A DNA stretch of 64,000 bases, from NCBI GenBank assembly GCA_046483495.1, contig JAWODC010000057.1, positions 1 through 64,000 of the forward strand. Reading direction: 5' to 3'. Below, piece by piece: positions 19,093-28,922 of this stretch (position 1 is the stretch's first letter; every line of letters starts with the position of its first letter). Both the position numbers and the translations under genes were made by a program. Source of the DNA: Desulfobacterales bacterium (lineage in GTDB: Bacteria; Desulfobacterota; Desulfobacteria; Desulfobacterales; UBA5616). The notes under the pieces are model-generated. The model saw nothing but the letters and a program-made list of their open reading frames with translations, was not told where the DNA came from and ran no database searches.

Positions 19093-19527
19093 TTATCCGG
19101 TTTTCCGGCCCGACATGTATCGACTGAGGGCCTGCTGAAGGGTTTCCGCAGCCAGGTAGGCACAATGTACATCCTCTTCCGGCAACTGCCCGATTTCTTC
19201 GATTACGGCCTCACCGGTTATCTCGATCAGCTCGTCCGGATCTTTTCCGATGGATAGCTGGGCGGCAAAGGAACCGCAGATGGAGCTCGATGCACAGCCG
19301 TTCGTCATGTAAGATACTTCCTTCACCCGGTTGTTTTCGAACTTCAGGTATATTTCCATGGTGTCGCCGCACTTGCCCGTAACACGGGCATATCCATCGG
19401 GTTCAGCAATTCGTCCGTTGTATAATGGGTTACGCCAGCGTTCGAATCCTTTCTCTCCGTAAGCCCGTTTGGCTTCATCAAATATTCGATTCTGAAGGTC
19501 ATTGACAAAATCATCGAAGTCACTCAT
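19093..19527 (-). CDS. NifU/IscU N-terminal domain-like Fe-S scaffold protein
   Basis: GKCGDTM, TNGC and HCAYLAAETL, with three conserved Cys. Confidence 0.88.
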   Translation of the reverse strand: MSDFDDFVNDLQNRIFDEAKRAYGEKGFERWRNPLYNGRIAEPDGYARVTGKCGDTMEIYLKFENNRVKEVSYMTNGCASSSICGSFAAQLSIGKDPDELIEITGEAVIEEIGQLPEEDVHCAYLAAETLQQALSRYMSGRKTG

Positions 19528-19610
19528 GGTCTCATTCCACTATTGGTGTACCCGCCGTTGATGCCGGTCGGCTCCTGCCGATCACGCTTCGGCTCGAACC
19601 AAGAGCGTTT

Positions 19611-19626
19611 AGCAATCGACATGCCG
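19611..19626 (-). promoter_or_regulatory. Putative sigma-54 promoter
   Basis: Minus strand reads CGGCAT-GTCGA-TTGCT, 84 nt upstream of the NifU-like gene. Confidence 0.5.
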
Positions 19627-19797
19627 TTTCGATATTTTTTCCCGACCCGTCACCCGGCAACGTCATCTCTACATGCATGATTGACCGAGCACGTGTTTCT
19701 ACCGTATAAATTTGCATAAATGCAATTAACAGAGTTTCACTTTTGCAACAAACAAGCGACCACTCTGCCGCAATATAACAGACGGTAAAGGCGTGGA

Positions 19798-20511
19798 TCA
19801 ATCCCCGAGAAGGGTTTGGCTTTGAGACAAAATGGCATCCCATCCTTCCGTGACAGCCTCTAGATGACTTTCACTGGCCAGGGCCATACGCATGGCACGT
19901 TTCGTGTATTTTATCGAAGCAACCGGCCATTGAGCGATTTTCTTTGCCATTTGCATGGCTGCGGGCATCAGTTCGTCTCTGGGAACGACCTTGTTGACCA
20001 ATCCAATCCGCCATGCCTCTTGTGCATCGATCTGCTCACAGGTAAACAACAGTTCGTTTGCCTTTTGCCGGCCGACGGCGGCCGGAAGGACGGTAAACGA
20101 GCCGTAGCAGAGACCGCCTACCTTGGGGCCTATAAAACCGAGTATCGCATCTTCAGCCGCAATGATGATGTCACACAGCAGGGCCTGCTGCATTGCATCC
20201 CCCAAAGTATAGCCATGGACTGCGGCAATCGTTGGTTTGTCCAGGGTGAACAGCAGGTGTTCCTCTTTGAGGCTCGCAAATTCCGGCATATTTTCCAAAG
20301 GGTCATCATTGTCATGCCCCGATGAAAAAGCCCTGCCGGCCCCGGTCAATATCACCACCCTTATTGCATCGTTTACCTCCATTTCGGATAAGGCATCGGC
20401 TATTTCGTTTTTCATCTCGAGGTCCATGGCATTCAGCTTTTCGGGTCTGTTCATGGTTATGATCCCAATGAATCCTTCCTGCTCCACCAGGATTTTTTTG
20501 TATGTCTTCAA
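19798..20511 (-). CDS. Enoyl-CoA hydratase/isomerase family protein
   Basis: ITMNRPEKLNA, LTGAGRAFSSGHD, KPTIAAVHG and GLVNKVV motifs. TTG start at 20511 after GGAGG. Confidence 0.85.
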   Translation of the reverse strand: MKTYKKILVEQEGFIGIITMNRPEKLNAMDLEMKNEIADALSEMEVNDAIRVVILTGAGRAFSSGHDNDDPLENMPEFASLKEEHLLFTLDKPTIAAVHGYTLGDAMQQALLCDIIIAAEDAILGFIGPKVGGLCYGSFTVLPAAVGRQKANELLFTCEQIDAQEAWRIGLVNKVVPRDELMPAAMQMAKKIAQWPVASIKYTKRAMRMALASESHLEAVTEGWDAILSQSQTLLGD

Positions 20512-20542
20512 CGCAACCTCCTTGCCCGGCAATGACAATTTT

Positions 20543-20815
20543 TTACCGATTCGACTGACGCTCTACTATTCCACGTAAAAACGCTTCCATTTTTTCACCG
20601 GATAAAGCGATTTTCAGCGGCACCTTTTCCCCGTTCACAAAAACGGCTCCTGTACGTTTAACGCCGGCAGCTTCTGCTTCCGGGGAATCACTCGAATAAA
20701 CCGTCAAATCGAGGGAATCATCAAATAAGCGCTTCATGCTGCAGGCCACATCCATGGCCAATTCACACCCTTTTCAAGCCGGAATTCCGCCATGAAAAAC
20801 CGTTAAATGAATCAT
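20543..20815 (-). CDS. Probable thioredoxin-like selenoprotein (UxxC), 90 aa
   Basis: ATG 20815 reads MIHLTVFHGGIPA-TGA-KGCELAMDVAC..., in frame with the 72-aa ORF. TGA is at 20774-20776 with a SECIS-like hairpin downstream. Confidence 0.72.
20744..20759 (-). promoter_or_regulatory. SECIS-like hairpin
   Basis: GGCCAT-GGAT-GTGGCC stem-loop 14 nt after the in-frame TGA. Confidence 0.6.
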
Positions 20816-20971
20816 GTTGCTTCCCTTTTTCACATTGATATATTCGTATATCGGCATATCACCTGCGATCGTACCCCTGCGTAAATACATAACCATTTGC
20901 CTTATACAACCAATCGTGCCAGGCAAAATCCTGTAGATTCGAATATAGGCAAAATTATCCGGGGTAGGGCT

Positions 20972-21190
20972 CTATTCTCGCGTCATCGCCTTTCCGCAGC
21001 CGGGACACTTCTGCTCATAACAGGGGCTCCCCAATTGGTGGGCAACCCGTTTTCCGCAATTCGGGCAAACACAATATCCGCCGGGCCCGGCTGCAAATCC
21101 TCCTCCTCGACCGCCGCGACCGGTCCCCTGGCCGCCTCTCCCGGTTCCGGAGCCCTTGCCTCTTGGTCCTGTTCCATCTCCTCTCGGCAT
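20972..21190 (-). CDS. DUF5320-like Gly-rich protein with Cys-rich zinc-ribbon tail
   Basis: MPRGDGTGP.G.G..TGRG, then CVCPNCG..C..KCPGCG. Strong GGAGG RBS. Confidence 0.8.
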   Translation of the reverse strand: MPRGDGTGPRGKGSGTGRGGQGTGRGGRGGGFAAGPGGYCVCPNCGKRVAHQLGSPCYEQKCPGCGKAMTRE

Positions 21191-21325
21191 TTTACTTACC
21201 TCCTATCCTATTTGGTTATCCGATGTCAATTATCCCTATTTCCCAATTTTCCCATATTCTTATCATATTTCATCGTTGATGAGGACTATATTACCCGTAG
21301 ACATCCCGTCCGAAAACAACGGTGC

Positions 21326-22258
21326 TTACCTGTTCACCGCCTGGTAGTAGATATCCCGGTTAATGCGTTTGATGCGGATTCGATCATGCCGAAGAAGATT
21401 CCCAAGATATTTGGAAACTTCATTGAAATGCATTCCAAACGCATCGGCAACCGTCTCCGCCGTGCAGGGCCGCCGGCACAGCATGGAATAGATAGACGCT
21501 TCATTCGCCTGTATCGCAACGCCGCCTGTATTTTTGTAATGTTCAATCACCTCTGCCCGGGGGTGAAATAAGTTGGCTAAAGAAGCCATACGATCCCTGG
21601 AAACCGGCGCAACAAAATCTTCCGCCGGGGGACGGACGGCTGTATTCAAATGAATTCGGTCCGGACCGATCCGGTCCAGCAAAGAAGCAATCTCGACCAC
21701 ATCGGAAGAGACGGTATTCATCCCCGCCACAAGAAACACTTCAATCCAAAACCGCCCCTTGAATGTGCCGCGGAATACCTTCAGGCCTTCGATGATCCGA
21801 TTGAATTCAAGGTCTCGATGCGGACGATTGATCCAATTATAGCTCACCTGATCCCATGCGCTCAGAGAAACCTTCACGATATGCGCCCGGGCGGCTTCCT
21901 TGCGGACTTCCGGCAGATAGAACAGGGAACCATTTGTCAGTAATACCGTCTGAATGGAACATTTCCTCCTGAGAAACGCAAGAATATCCCCAAAACAGGC
22001 ATGAAGCGTCGGTTCTCCGGACCCGGAGAGCGTAATATAATCCGCCTTTCCATCCATTTTCAGCCATGTCTCGATTTCATCTGTCACGTCCTTGACAGGC
22101 ACATATTCACGGCGGGTAATCGTCGTGCGTGGGGTTCTGCCAAGCTGGCAGTAAACGCAATCCTGACTGCATGTCTTATAGGGTGTCACGTCCACTCCGA
22201 GGGAAAGCCCCAATCGCCTCGACGGCACCGGTCCAAACAAGAATGTGTATTCACCCAT
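21326..22258 (-). CDS. Radical SAM Fe-S oxidoreductase
   Basis: FGPVPSRRLGLSLG, CSQDCVYC (CxxxCxxC) and SGSGEPTL. Confidence 0.9.
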   Translation of the reverse strand: MGEYTFLFGPVPSRRLGLSLGVDVTPYKTCSQDCVYCQLGRTPRTTITRREYVPVKDVTDEIETWLKMDGKADYITLSGSGEPTLHACFGDILAFLRRKCSIQTVLLTNGSLFYLPEVRKEAARAHIVKVSLSAWDQVSYNWINRPHRDLEFNRIIEGLKVFRGTFKGRFWIEVFLVAGMNTVSSDVVEIASLLDRIGPDRIHLNTAVRPPAEDFVAPVSRDRMASLANLFHPRAEVIEHYKNTGGVAIQANEASIYSMLCRRPCTAETVADAFGMHFNEVSKYLGNLLRHDRIRIKRINRDIYYQAVNR

Positions 22259-22377
22259 CTAATGATCCTCTCGATGCATTCGATACACCGATATCTGCCA
22301 TCCCGGCGGCGGAAACTTGCCGGCCGAGCATTCTCGAGCCTTTTCAGTGCATCGCTCAACCACCTTTCCGCACTTTG

Positions 22378-22393
22378 AGCAAAATATATGCCA
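22378..22393 (-). promoter_or_regulatory. Sigma-54 promoter of the radical SAM gene
   Basis: Minus strand reads TGGCAT-ATATT-TTGCT, near consensus. Confidence 0.7.
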
Positions 22394-22442
22394 CGATATT
22401 TTTACGCAAAAAAGGTTACTGAGGCACTATCCGGCATTATCG

Positions 22443-22892
22443 TCAGATTTTCCTTGTTCGAATAATCAGCAGCGGTCGATCGACGCGCTGTAAAATACCT
22501 GCTGCCGTACTCCCGTAAAACAGCCTTTCAGACCCCCCGTATCCATGACTGGACATGGCGATCACGTCCGCATTCATCTCATCTCCTGTCTTCAATATAT
22601 GACTGACAACCGGCCCTGCGCCGACGCGGACGTCCACGGCAAATCCTTTTGCCGTATATTTGTTTTTAATTTTTTCAAGATAAGTCAAAGCATCTTGTTT
22701 GCGCTTCTCGAATGCTTCCTGGTATCGGGAGAGATCCGCAACTTCATCGCGTTCCGGCAGAAAAGGCTGATCTACAACCATAAGAAAAATGAGTTGGCCG
22801 TCTTTGGGATGGGTAATTTGTTCAACATGAGGCAGTATGGCCTCCGCACGCCGGGAACCATCCAACGGCACTAAAATCGTTTTATACATCAT
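22443..22892 (-). CDS. Universal stress protein
   Basis: YKTILVPLDGS..ADVIAMSSHG..GSTA..PLLII. Confidence 0.92.
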   Translation of the reverse strand: MMYKTILVPLDGSRRAEAILPHVEQITHPKDGQLIFLMVVDQPFLPERDEVADLSRYQEAFEKRKQDALTYLEKIKNKYTAKGFAVDVRVGAGPVVSHILKTGDEMNADVIAMSSHGYGGSERLFYGSTAAGILQRVDRPLLIIRTRKI

Positions 22893-22928
22893 CTCCTCCT
22901 TTTAGCGCTTGCCTATTTCCGATTTATT

Positions 22929-23351
22929 TCAAAACCCCTGCTCACCGGGTTGGGGGTGCGGCACCGATTCGTCCTGAAGGTGCCGACAAATTTCTTCCTT
23001 GATGCGATCTATTGGGAAATTACGATCCACGATAAGGTGTACCCCCCAATTCCGGGCATCCTTGACAACCTCTTGATGTTGCATGTCGACGATCAACATT
23101 TTAACAGAACTCGGAATCGAAGGATGAATCAGTTTCATAAATTTCAGTCCGTCAATCCCCGGGAGTAGATAATCGACGATGAATACATCGAATGCATGTT
23201 TTTGAAGCATCGCCATGCCTTCATCTGCCGTATCGGCGGTAGAGACACGGTATCCATCCGCATACAAAAGCGTTTTAAGCATATCGCTTTTGTGCTGATC
23301 ACGGCAAACAATCAGAACGGCAGGCGCTTTTCGTCGCTGCCCATAGTCCAT
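22929..23351 (-). CDS. Single-domain response regulator receiver (atypical)
   Basis: FDVFIVDYLLPGIDGL receiver core; the acidic pocket and conserved Lys look degenerate. Confidence 0.7.
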   Translation of the reverse strand: MDYGQRRKAPAVLIVCRDQHKSDMLKTLLYADGYRVSTADTADEGMAMLQKHAFDVFIVDYLLPGIDGLKFMKLIHPSIPSSVKMLIVDMQHQEVVKDARNWGVHLIVDRNFPIDRIKEEICRHLQDESVPHPQPGEQGF

Positions 23352-23410
23352 GTTTCGGCCCCCTTCCTCAAAGCATTTCCATGCACTTGCATATACCTGA
23401 AAGAAAATTA

Positions 23411-23426
23411 TGCACATTGAATGCCA
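23411..23426 (-). promoter_or_regulatory. Possible sigma-54 promoter
   Basis: Minus strand reads TGGCAT-TCAAT-GTGCA (GG-N10-GC), 60 nt upstream of the receiver gene. Confidence 0.45.
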
Positions 23427-23785
23427 ACAACGTATTTTTTATTCAGTGCTCGCCTTCGTATCGATTAAGAGGGCGGTTTTAAACCGCATTCATTATAATC
23501 CCCGAAATTGAGGATGTGCCAAACTGCGGCCCCGGGACCCCGAAAGCAGGATCACTACGAAAAATGGCATCGGCACAACCGATGAATGCCGACATATTAT
23601 AAAAATTGTTTCAGCCGCCGGAAAGAGGGTATCCCATTTATTCTGCACGATGTGATGGTTCATTTGACGCCCTGGAAAATTGTATTGCATCCCCGTATTA
23701 AACATGCTTAGCATGATTATCTGATGAAAATGTTTTTCAATGGAAAAACAGGTGGACATTTCGCGTTGCCGGGAATGGAAAAACC

Positions 23786-24847
23786 ATGCTTGACCGGATA
23801 AGATACCTGTCTGACAGAATCGGCAGCCCGGAACTGGACTGGATCCAGGTGGAGATCACCAGCCACTGCAATGCCGCTTGCATATACTGCCCCAACCCCC
23901 GCATCTCCGAAAAGCGGCACATGCCACTGGCATTGTTTAAAAAATTTTTACCGTTTGTAGGATACACGGACCTGATTTACCTTCAGGGCTGGGGAGAGCC
24001 TCTCCTGAATCGGGATCTTTTTGAAATGATCAGGCTTTGCAAGGCGAAAGGCAGGCGTGTCGGCTTCACCACCAACGGTATGCTGCTGGACGAGGAAAAC
24101 ATTCGAAAAATAGTGGACCTGAATGTGGATATTCTATGCGCCAGCTTTGCCGGCACCAAGCCGGAAACGCATGATCGCATCCGGACGGGCACTGACTTTT
24201 CGACAATCGTATCCCATTTGGATCGACTCCAAAATATCAAGGCAAACATCGGGACCGAACTTCCGGCTGTCCATATCGCCTATCTCATGATGAACCGTAA
24301 TTTTCAGGAAATATCCGAAATCCCCGAACTGGCAAACCGATTGTGTGCGTCCGAAATTGTTGCCAGTAATCTGACGCTGATTACAGCCCCGTTTCTCAGA
24401 AAGGAAGCCCTGTTCAACCATCCGGAAAAAAAAGGTTATTATTATGAGGTCCTGAAAAAAACCGCCGAAAAGGCAGCCCGGAAAAATATTCGTTTTTCGT
24501 TCAGCAGTCCATCGATCGAAAAAGGTACTGAGCACTGCAGTGAAAATGTATATTATTCCTGCATGATCACGGCAAAGGGTGACGTGAGTCCATGTGTTTT
24601 CAGGATGCCGACACTGCATCGAACTGATAATGAAGGAAGGCAAAAACCCATCACACATATCTTTCGGGACAGGCAGATGCCGCTCATGCCGACATCGTTC
24701 GGCAATATCGGCGAAGAAAGCCTGACCCGCATATGGAATAGTAAAGCGTATCTCGATTTTAAGAATTATTTCGATCCGGAGAAAAAAGTCTCGTATTTTA
24801 TTCAACCGCCGGGATGTGAAACCTGTTACAAGGGCCTTAACGCATGA
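23786..24847 (+). CDS. Radical SAM/SPASM domain protein
   Basis: CNAACIYC, QGWGEPLL, FTTNG and C-terminal GDVSPC..FGNI..IWN..CETC. Confidence 0.9.
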   Translation: MLDRIRYLSDRIGSPELDWIQVEITSHCNAACIYCPNPRISEKRHMPLALFKKFLPFVGYTDLIYLQGWGEPLLNRDLFEMIRLCKAKGRRVGFTTNGMLLDEENIRKIVDLNVDILCASFAGTKPETHDRIRTGTDFSTIVSHLDRLQNIKANIGTELPAVHIAYLMMNRNFQEISEIPELANRLCASEIVASNLTLITAPFLRKEALFNHPEKKGYYYEVLKKTAEKAARKNIRFSFSSPSIEKGTEHCSENVYYSCMITAKGDVSPCVFRMPTLHRTDNEGRQKPITHIFRDRQMPLMPTSFGNIGEESLTRIWNSKAYLDFKNYFDPEKKVSYFIQPPGCETCYKGLNA

Positions 24848-24959
24848 CGTGTTTTCATGAAAAAAACACCCAATCACGAGCCCTAAATCAGGGATTGCGG
24901 TTGTCGGGGAAGATAAACCTGTTCGGCGCTGTTTCCGGCATTGAATAGGAAGGGAGAAT

Positions 24960-25520
24960 ATGCGAATGGAAGACACCATCAGCGGCCCGTCACACATGCG
25001 GTTTGACCCTGTCGGCGAAGTGCACAGCGCCATTAAAACACCGATGCTTCTTGCCGGCCGATCCGATATCGAACTGCGGGAAAGAATGAAAAAGATTCGT
25101 GAATATCAAAAACGGATCGAAAATACCATTTGTGAACTTTTAATTTATACCCGGTTCGAGGAGCTCCTTGACGGTATCGAAGGCTTCAGCCACATCCTGG
25201 TGCTGTATTGGCCCCATCTTATCGCTCCGGAACGTCGGAGCCTTAAAAAAGTGCACCCCATGGGCCGAAAGGATTTGCCCCTGCAGGGCATATTTGCCAC
25301 CTGCAGCCCTGCCAGACCTAATCCCGTCCTGGTTTCGGCCGTTCCCTTGCTTGAAAGGCACCGAAATGTACTGAAGGTCAAAGGGTTCGAAGCGGTTGAC
25401 AAAAGCCCGATTATCGACATCAAACCGTATGTAAAACCTTATTATGGTGCAGACAATCCGAAAATTCCCGAATGGATGGAAAAACTGCACAATGATCTGC
25501 GGTCCGGCCGGCCCGAATAA
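24960..25520 (+). CDS. TsaA/TrmO (YaeB)-like SAM-binding methyltransferase domain protein
   Basis: LDGIEGFSHILVLYW, GIFATCSPARPNP and SPIIDIKPY. Confidence 0.85.
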   Translation: MRMEDTISGPSHMRFDPVGEVHSAIKTPMLLAGRSDIELRERMKKIREYQKRIENTICELLIYTRFEELLDGIEGFSHILVLYWPHLIAPERRSLKKVHPMGRKDLPLQGIFATCSPARPNPVLVSAVPLLERHRNVLKVKGFEAVDKSPIIDIKPYVKPYYGADNPKIPEWMEKLHNDLRSGRPE

Positions 25521-25651
25521 CACGCCTAATTTGCAACCGCAACGGCAGCAGCTTCGTCAGTTCGTATTTACGGGCATCAGCCGGGAAAGGCCGCTAACCG
25601 GAGATGACCGACCGGCTGTCGGCAAAAAGCGTGATTTACGATGGTGTTTCT

Positions 25652-26638
25652 TTATTCGGCGCCCGTGGGAGGAATGAGCGCTTGATAAACCCCCTCTTGA
25701 AGAAGCCGGTCCATGAACGATACTTCATAGGCTTCTTCAGGCGATTCCCGCACCATGCAATCCAGCCGTTTCGCGTCTTCACCTACGAGAATCCGCCATT
25801 GATTGTTTCGAACGCCGTCAAGGATAATGGAAGCCGCCTGTTTCGGTGTCAGGGGTGCGTTTTCACGAAAAGACTCCAATTGCATTTTAACCAGCGCCTT
25901 AATCTCCTGATCCGATATGCCGTCGGTGGGCAGCCCTCTTTTTTCCATGGTTTCCCGAACCTTGACGACCTCGGATTCCGGCCAGTCTTCGACAGCCGGC
26001 TTCCCAAGAATTTTCTGGCTGTTGTATCCGACATTCGTCCCGATATGCCCCGGCATCACCACGGAAACGTGAACATGCGGCGCATTTTGGCGCAAGTCGA
26101 TGATCAGTCCCTCTGAAAATCCCTTGACGGCGAATTTGGCGGTGCTGTAAGCCGTATGCGGGGTGTCGATGCCAAAGCAGGCATGAAATCCATTTGCGCT
26201 GCTCACATTGATGATATGCCCCTCTTCGGCGGCGATCAGCATGGGCATAAAGGCCCGCGTACAATAGTAAACGCCGAACCAGCAGACGGCAAACGTCTTG
26301 TCCCAGTCGGCTCGATCATCCCGAATAAAACTGCCGCCGCCGCCGATGCCGGCATTGTTGAATAAAAGGTGGATATGCTCGGTGCCGTGATCCTTTTTGA
26401 CGGCATCACGAAAAGCGATGACCTGGTTTTCCTGGGATACATCACAGTCATATACGCTGATCCGGGTGTCTTTTTGTGCCGCCTGACGGCATTCCTGTTG
26501 CGTTTGTGCCGCTGCATCGGACATGATGTCGCAGAGAGCAAGATGGCACCCTTCCGCGGCAAGAGCGAGTGCAAGCTCCTTTCCCATTCCGTTTCCGGCT
26601 CCGGTGACAACGGCTAACCGGTTTTTAAAATTCTTCAT
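25652..26638 (-). CDS. Short-chain dehydrogenase/reductase
   Basis: VVTGAGNGMG, FNNAGI and YSTAK (YxxxK). GGAGG RBS before ATG 26638. Confidence 0.92.
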   Translation of the reverse strand: MKNFKNRLAVVTGAGNGMGKELALALAAEGCHLALCDIMSDAAAQTQQECRQAAQKDTRISVYDCDVSQENQVIAFRDAVKKDHGTEHIHLLFNNAGIGGGGSFIRDDRADWDKTFAVCWFGVYYCTRAFMPMLIAAEEGHIINVSSANGFHACFGIDTPHTAYSTAKFAVKGFSEGLIIDLRQNAPHVHVSVVMPGHIGTNVGYNSQKILGKPAVEDWPESEVVKVRETMEKRGLPTDGISDQEIKALVKMQLESFRENAPLTPKQAASIILDGVRNNQWRILVGEDAKRLDCMVRESPEEAYEVSFMDRLLQEGVYQALIPPTGAE

Positions 26639-27070
26639 GGCGCTCCTCCCGGATAAAGGCTTTGCTAAGCCTCTAAATTTGAATTGTTTGAGATGATCTT
26701 CCGAACAACAGCAGCGAATGCCTTCCGGTTCAAATTTCAGCAGCCACACAACTCTGCCTTACTGCGAATGCCGAAAGTTGAGTTCATGGGCCGGTAAGCG
26801 GGAAATGCTCGGCCGGCATTCCTCTGAAGATATAAAAAGAAGAAGACGAGATATGCTTTACTCTTTAATCGGAAAAAATCATTTACGTCAAGCAAATTTG
26901 ATCCCATTTGCTCGACGTTGAAATCGTAGTGCCTGCAAGTAACCGATCACGTTATGCAATAAGCCCCGTTGATTAATATGGAAAGCTCCGATATAATAAA
27001 AAAGAAATAGACGGATCGGTGCATGGCCCCGGCATTCGGAACTCACGTTGAGAAGAAAGGCGATACAATC

Positions 27071-27808
27071 ATGTTCGATATCGTGGACCCTATTGCGTTT
27101 ATTGTGGCCGTTTCCGTGATCGGACCCGTCTTGGGTTCTGCCATCGGTATAATTAAGTGCCCTTCGTCCGGTTATATCTGCAGCATGCTCTGTTTCGCCG
27201 CGGGCGTCATGCTGGCCATTTCTTTTCTTGAGCTTATTCCGGAAAGTATCGCGCTCTCTTCGATCGGCGGCTGTGTGTTCGGCTTCATGGCGGGAGCGTT
27301 TGCCATGTACGGCGTAGACCGAATACTGCCGCACATTCATCCTCAAATGTGTTCTCAGGAACAGGGATGCAGTCTTCAAAAAACTTCGGCTTATCTCATT
27401 ATCGGTATTGCCATGCATAATTTTCCCGAGGGAATGGCGATCGCCGGAGGGGCGGTTGCCAATACCAAGGTGTCACTGGTGATCGCTTTAGCCATTGCCA
27501 TACACTGTATACCCGAGGGGATCTGCACTGCGGCATCGTATTTTTATACGACGGGCAATCGCATCAAATCATTTTTCGTCTCCGCTTCCACGGCACTTCC
27601 CATTCTTATTGGATATGCCCTTGTCCGCTACCTGTTCATTAATATCGAGCCTTACGCAATCGGCGTTATCATCGGGGCCACGGCCGGTTTCATGATTTAC
27701 ATCACCACCGATGAGCTGATTCCCAACTCCTGCGTGGGAAGCGACCACCGAACGATATTCGCCCTGATGGCCGGTGTGATATTCGTCATCCTGCTTGGCC
27801 TGATATAA
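27071..27808 (+). CDS. ZIP family divalent metal transporter (ZupT-like)
   Basis: FAAGVMLAISF, HNFPEG, IHCIPEG and DELIP. Confidence 0.9.
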   Translation: MFDIVDPIAFIVAVSVIGPVLGSAIGIIKCPSSGYICSMLCFAAGVMLAISFLELIPESIALSSIGGCVFGFMAGAFAMYGVDRILPHIHPQMCSQEQGCSLQKTSAYLIIGIAMHNFPEGMAIAGGAVANTKVSLVIALAIAIHCIPEGICTAASYFYTTGNRIKSFFVSASTALPILIGYALVRYLFINIEPYAIGVIIGATAGFMIYITTDELIPNSCVGSDHRTIFALMAGVIFVILLGLI

Positions 27809-27874
27809 TCGGGTGACCTGAACATTCGAAATCAAATCCGGCTTGAACGGCTGCATTTTCTTCAATCCGGCGGT

Positions 27875-28777
27875 TCACTTGCCCGTAATGGAATCGATCC
27901 GTCCGGCAATAACATCTCCTAAGCTGATGGTTTCGACATTCTTTTTTGCCGAATCGGAGGCGATACTGTCTGTTACGATCAATTTTTTAATCGAAAACGA
28001 CCCCAATTTTTCCAAGGCATTGCCCGAAAAAAGGCCGTGTGTGGCGGAGACATAAAATGCATCGGCGCATCCATAGGACAGCAGTATCTCCATAGCGGCC
28101 GCCATGGTCCCCCCTGTGCTGATCATGTCGTCTACGATCACCGGTACCCGATGCTGCACCGATCCGGTTAAATGGAGCGCCTCCACATGGTCCCCCCCGA
28201 TACGGAGTTTATTGACATAGGCCATGGGGAGATCGAGCAGATCGGCATACCGCTGGGCCAATTTGGCGGCTCCGAGGTCCGGAGCCACCACAACAGCCTC
28301 TCGGGGAACGGACGCACGAAGCAATTCCGCCAACAGCGGCAGGGCCGAGAGGTGATGGACCGAAATGGTAAAAAAACCTTCTATGGCCGGGTTATGGAGA
28401 TCCACAGTGATAATGCGATGGTAGCGTTCCGTTATCATATCCGCGACCATACGCGCCCCAACGGGTTCACCGTCCGTGACTCGCCGGTCCTGCCGGGCAT
28501 ACCCGAAGTAAGGCACGACCGCGGTCACCCGCCATGCCCCCGCTCTTCTGCAGGCATCGCCGATCAGCATGAGGGTCATCAAGTTTTCAGCAACAGGGGG
28601 GCCGGTTCCCTGCACGACGTAGACGTCGCTTTGATAAAGGTCTTCTTCGATCCGCACGTAGACCTCGCCGTCCGGGAAAGTGCGTATCATGCGGTCCGCC
28701 GGTGATTGGTCGAGGGCGGCTGCGATCCGCCGCCCCAAATCGGGATTGGATTTTCCAACGATGATATGCCGTTTCAT
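27875..28777 (-). CDS. prs: Ribose-phosphate pyrophosphokinase
   Basis: FPDGE, PYFGYARQDR, VAPDLGA and VDDMISTGGT. Confidence 0.92.
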   Translation of the reverse strand: MKRHIIVGKSNPDLGRRIAAALDQSPADRMIRTFPDGEVYVRIEEDLYQSDVYVVQGTGPPVAENLMTLMLIGDACRRAGAWRVTAVVPYFGYARQDRRVTDGEPVGARMVADMITERYHRIITVDLHNPAIEGFFTISVHHLSALPLLAELLRASVPREAVVVAPDLGAAKLAQRYADLLDLPMAYVNKLRIGGDHVEALHLTGSVQHRVPVIVDDMISTGGTMAAAMEILLSYGCADAFYVSATHGLFSGNALEKLGSFSIKKLIVTDSIASDSAKKNVETISLGDVIAGRIDSITGK

Positions 28778-28922
28778 GCGTTTTTCCTCTTTCAGGTGCT
28801 CAAACCGCCATTCTTGTAATGTTCAGCAAAAGAGGGGGTTTTGTATATAACGGCAAATCTTTATTCAAAGCCGTCCATGCCCGTATTGTCAAAGCGGTAG
28901 GCCTTCACCGCCACAACCCGGG

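Noticed and set aside
12286..19527. Nitrogen fixation inferred from NifB/NifX- and NifU-like genes
   Set aside because: No nifHDK is present, and these domains are common in non-diazotrophic anaerobes.
26737..26907. 56-codon minus-strand ORF ending C-G-C-TGA as a fourth selenoprotein
   Set aside because: It has no RBS, no convincing hairpin after the TGA and no protein-like pattern, and it overlaps probable promoter sequence.
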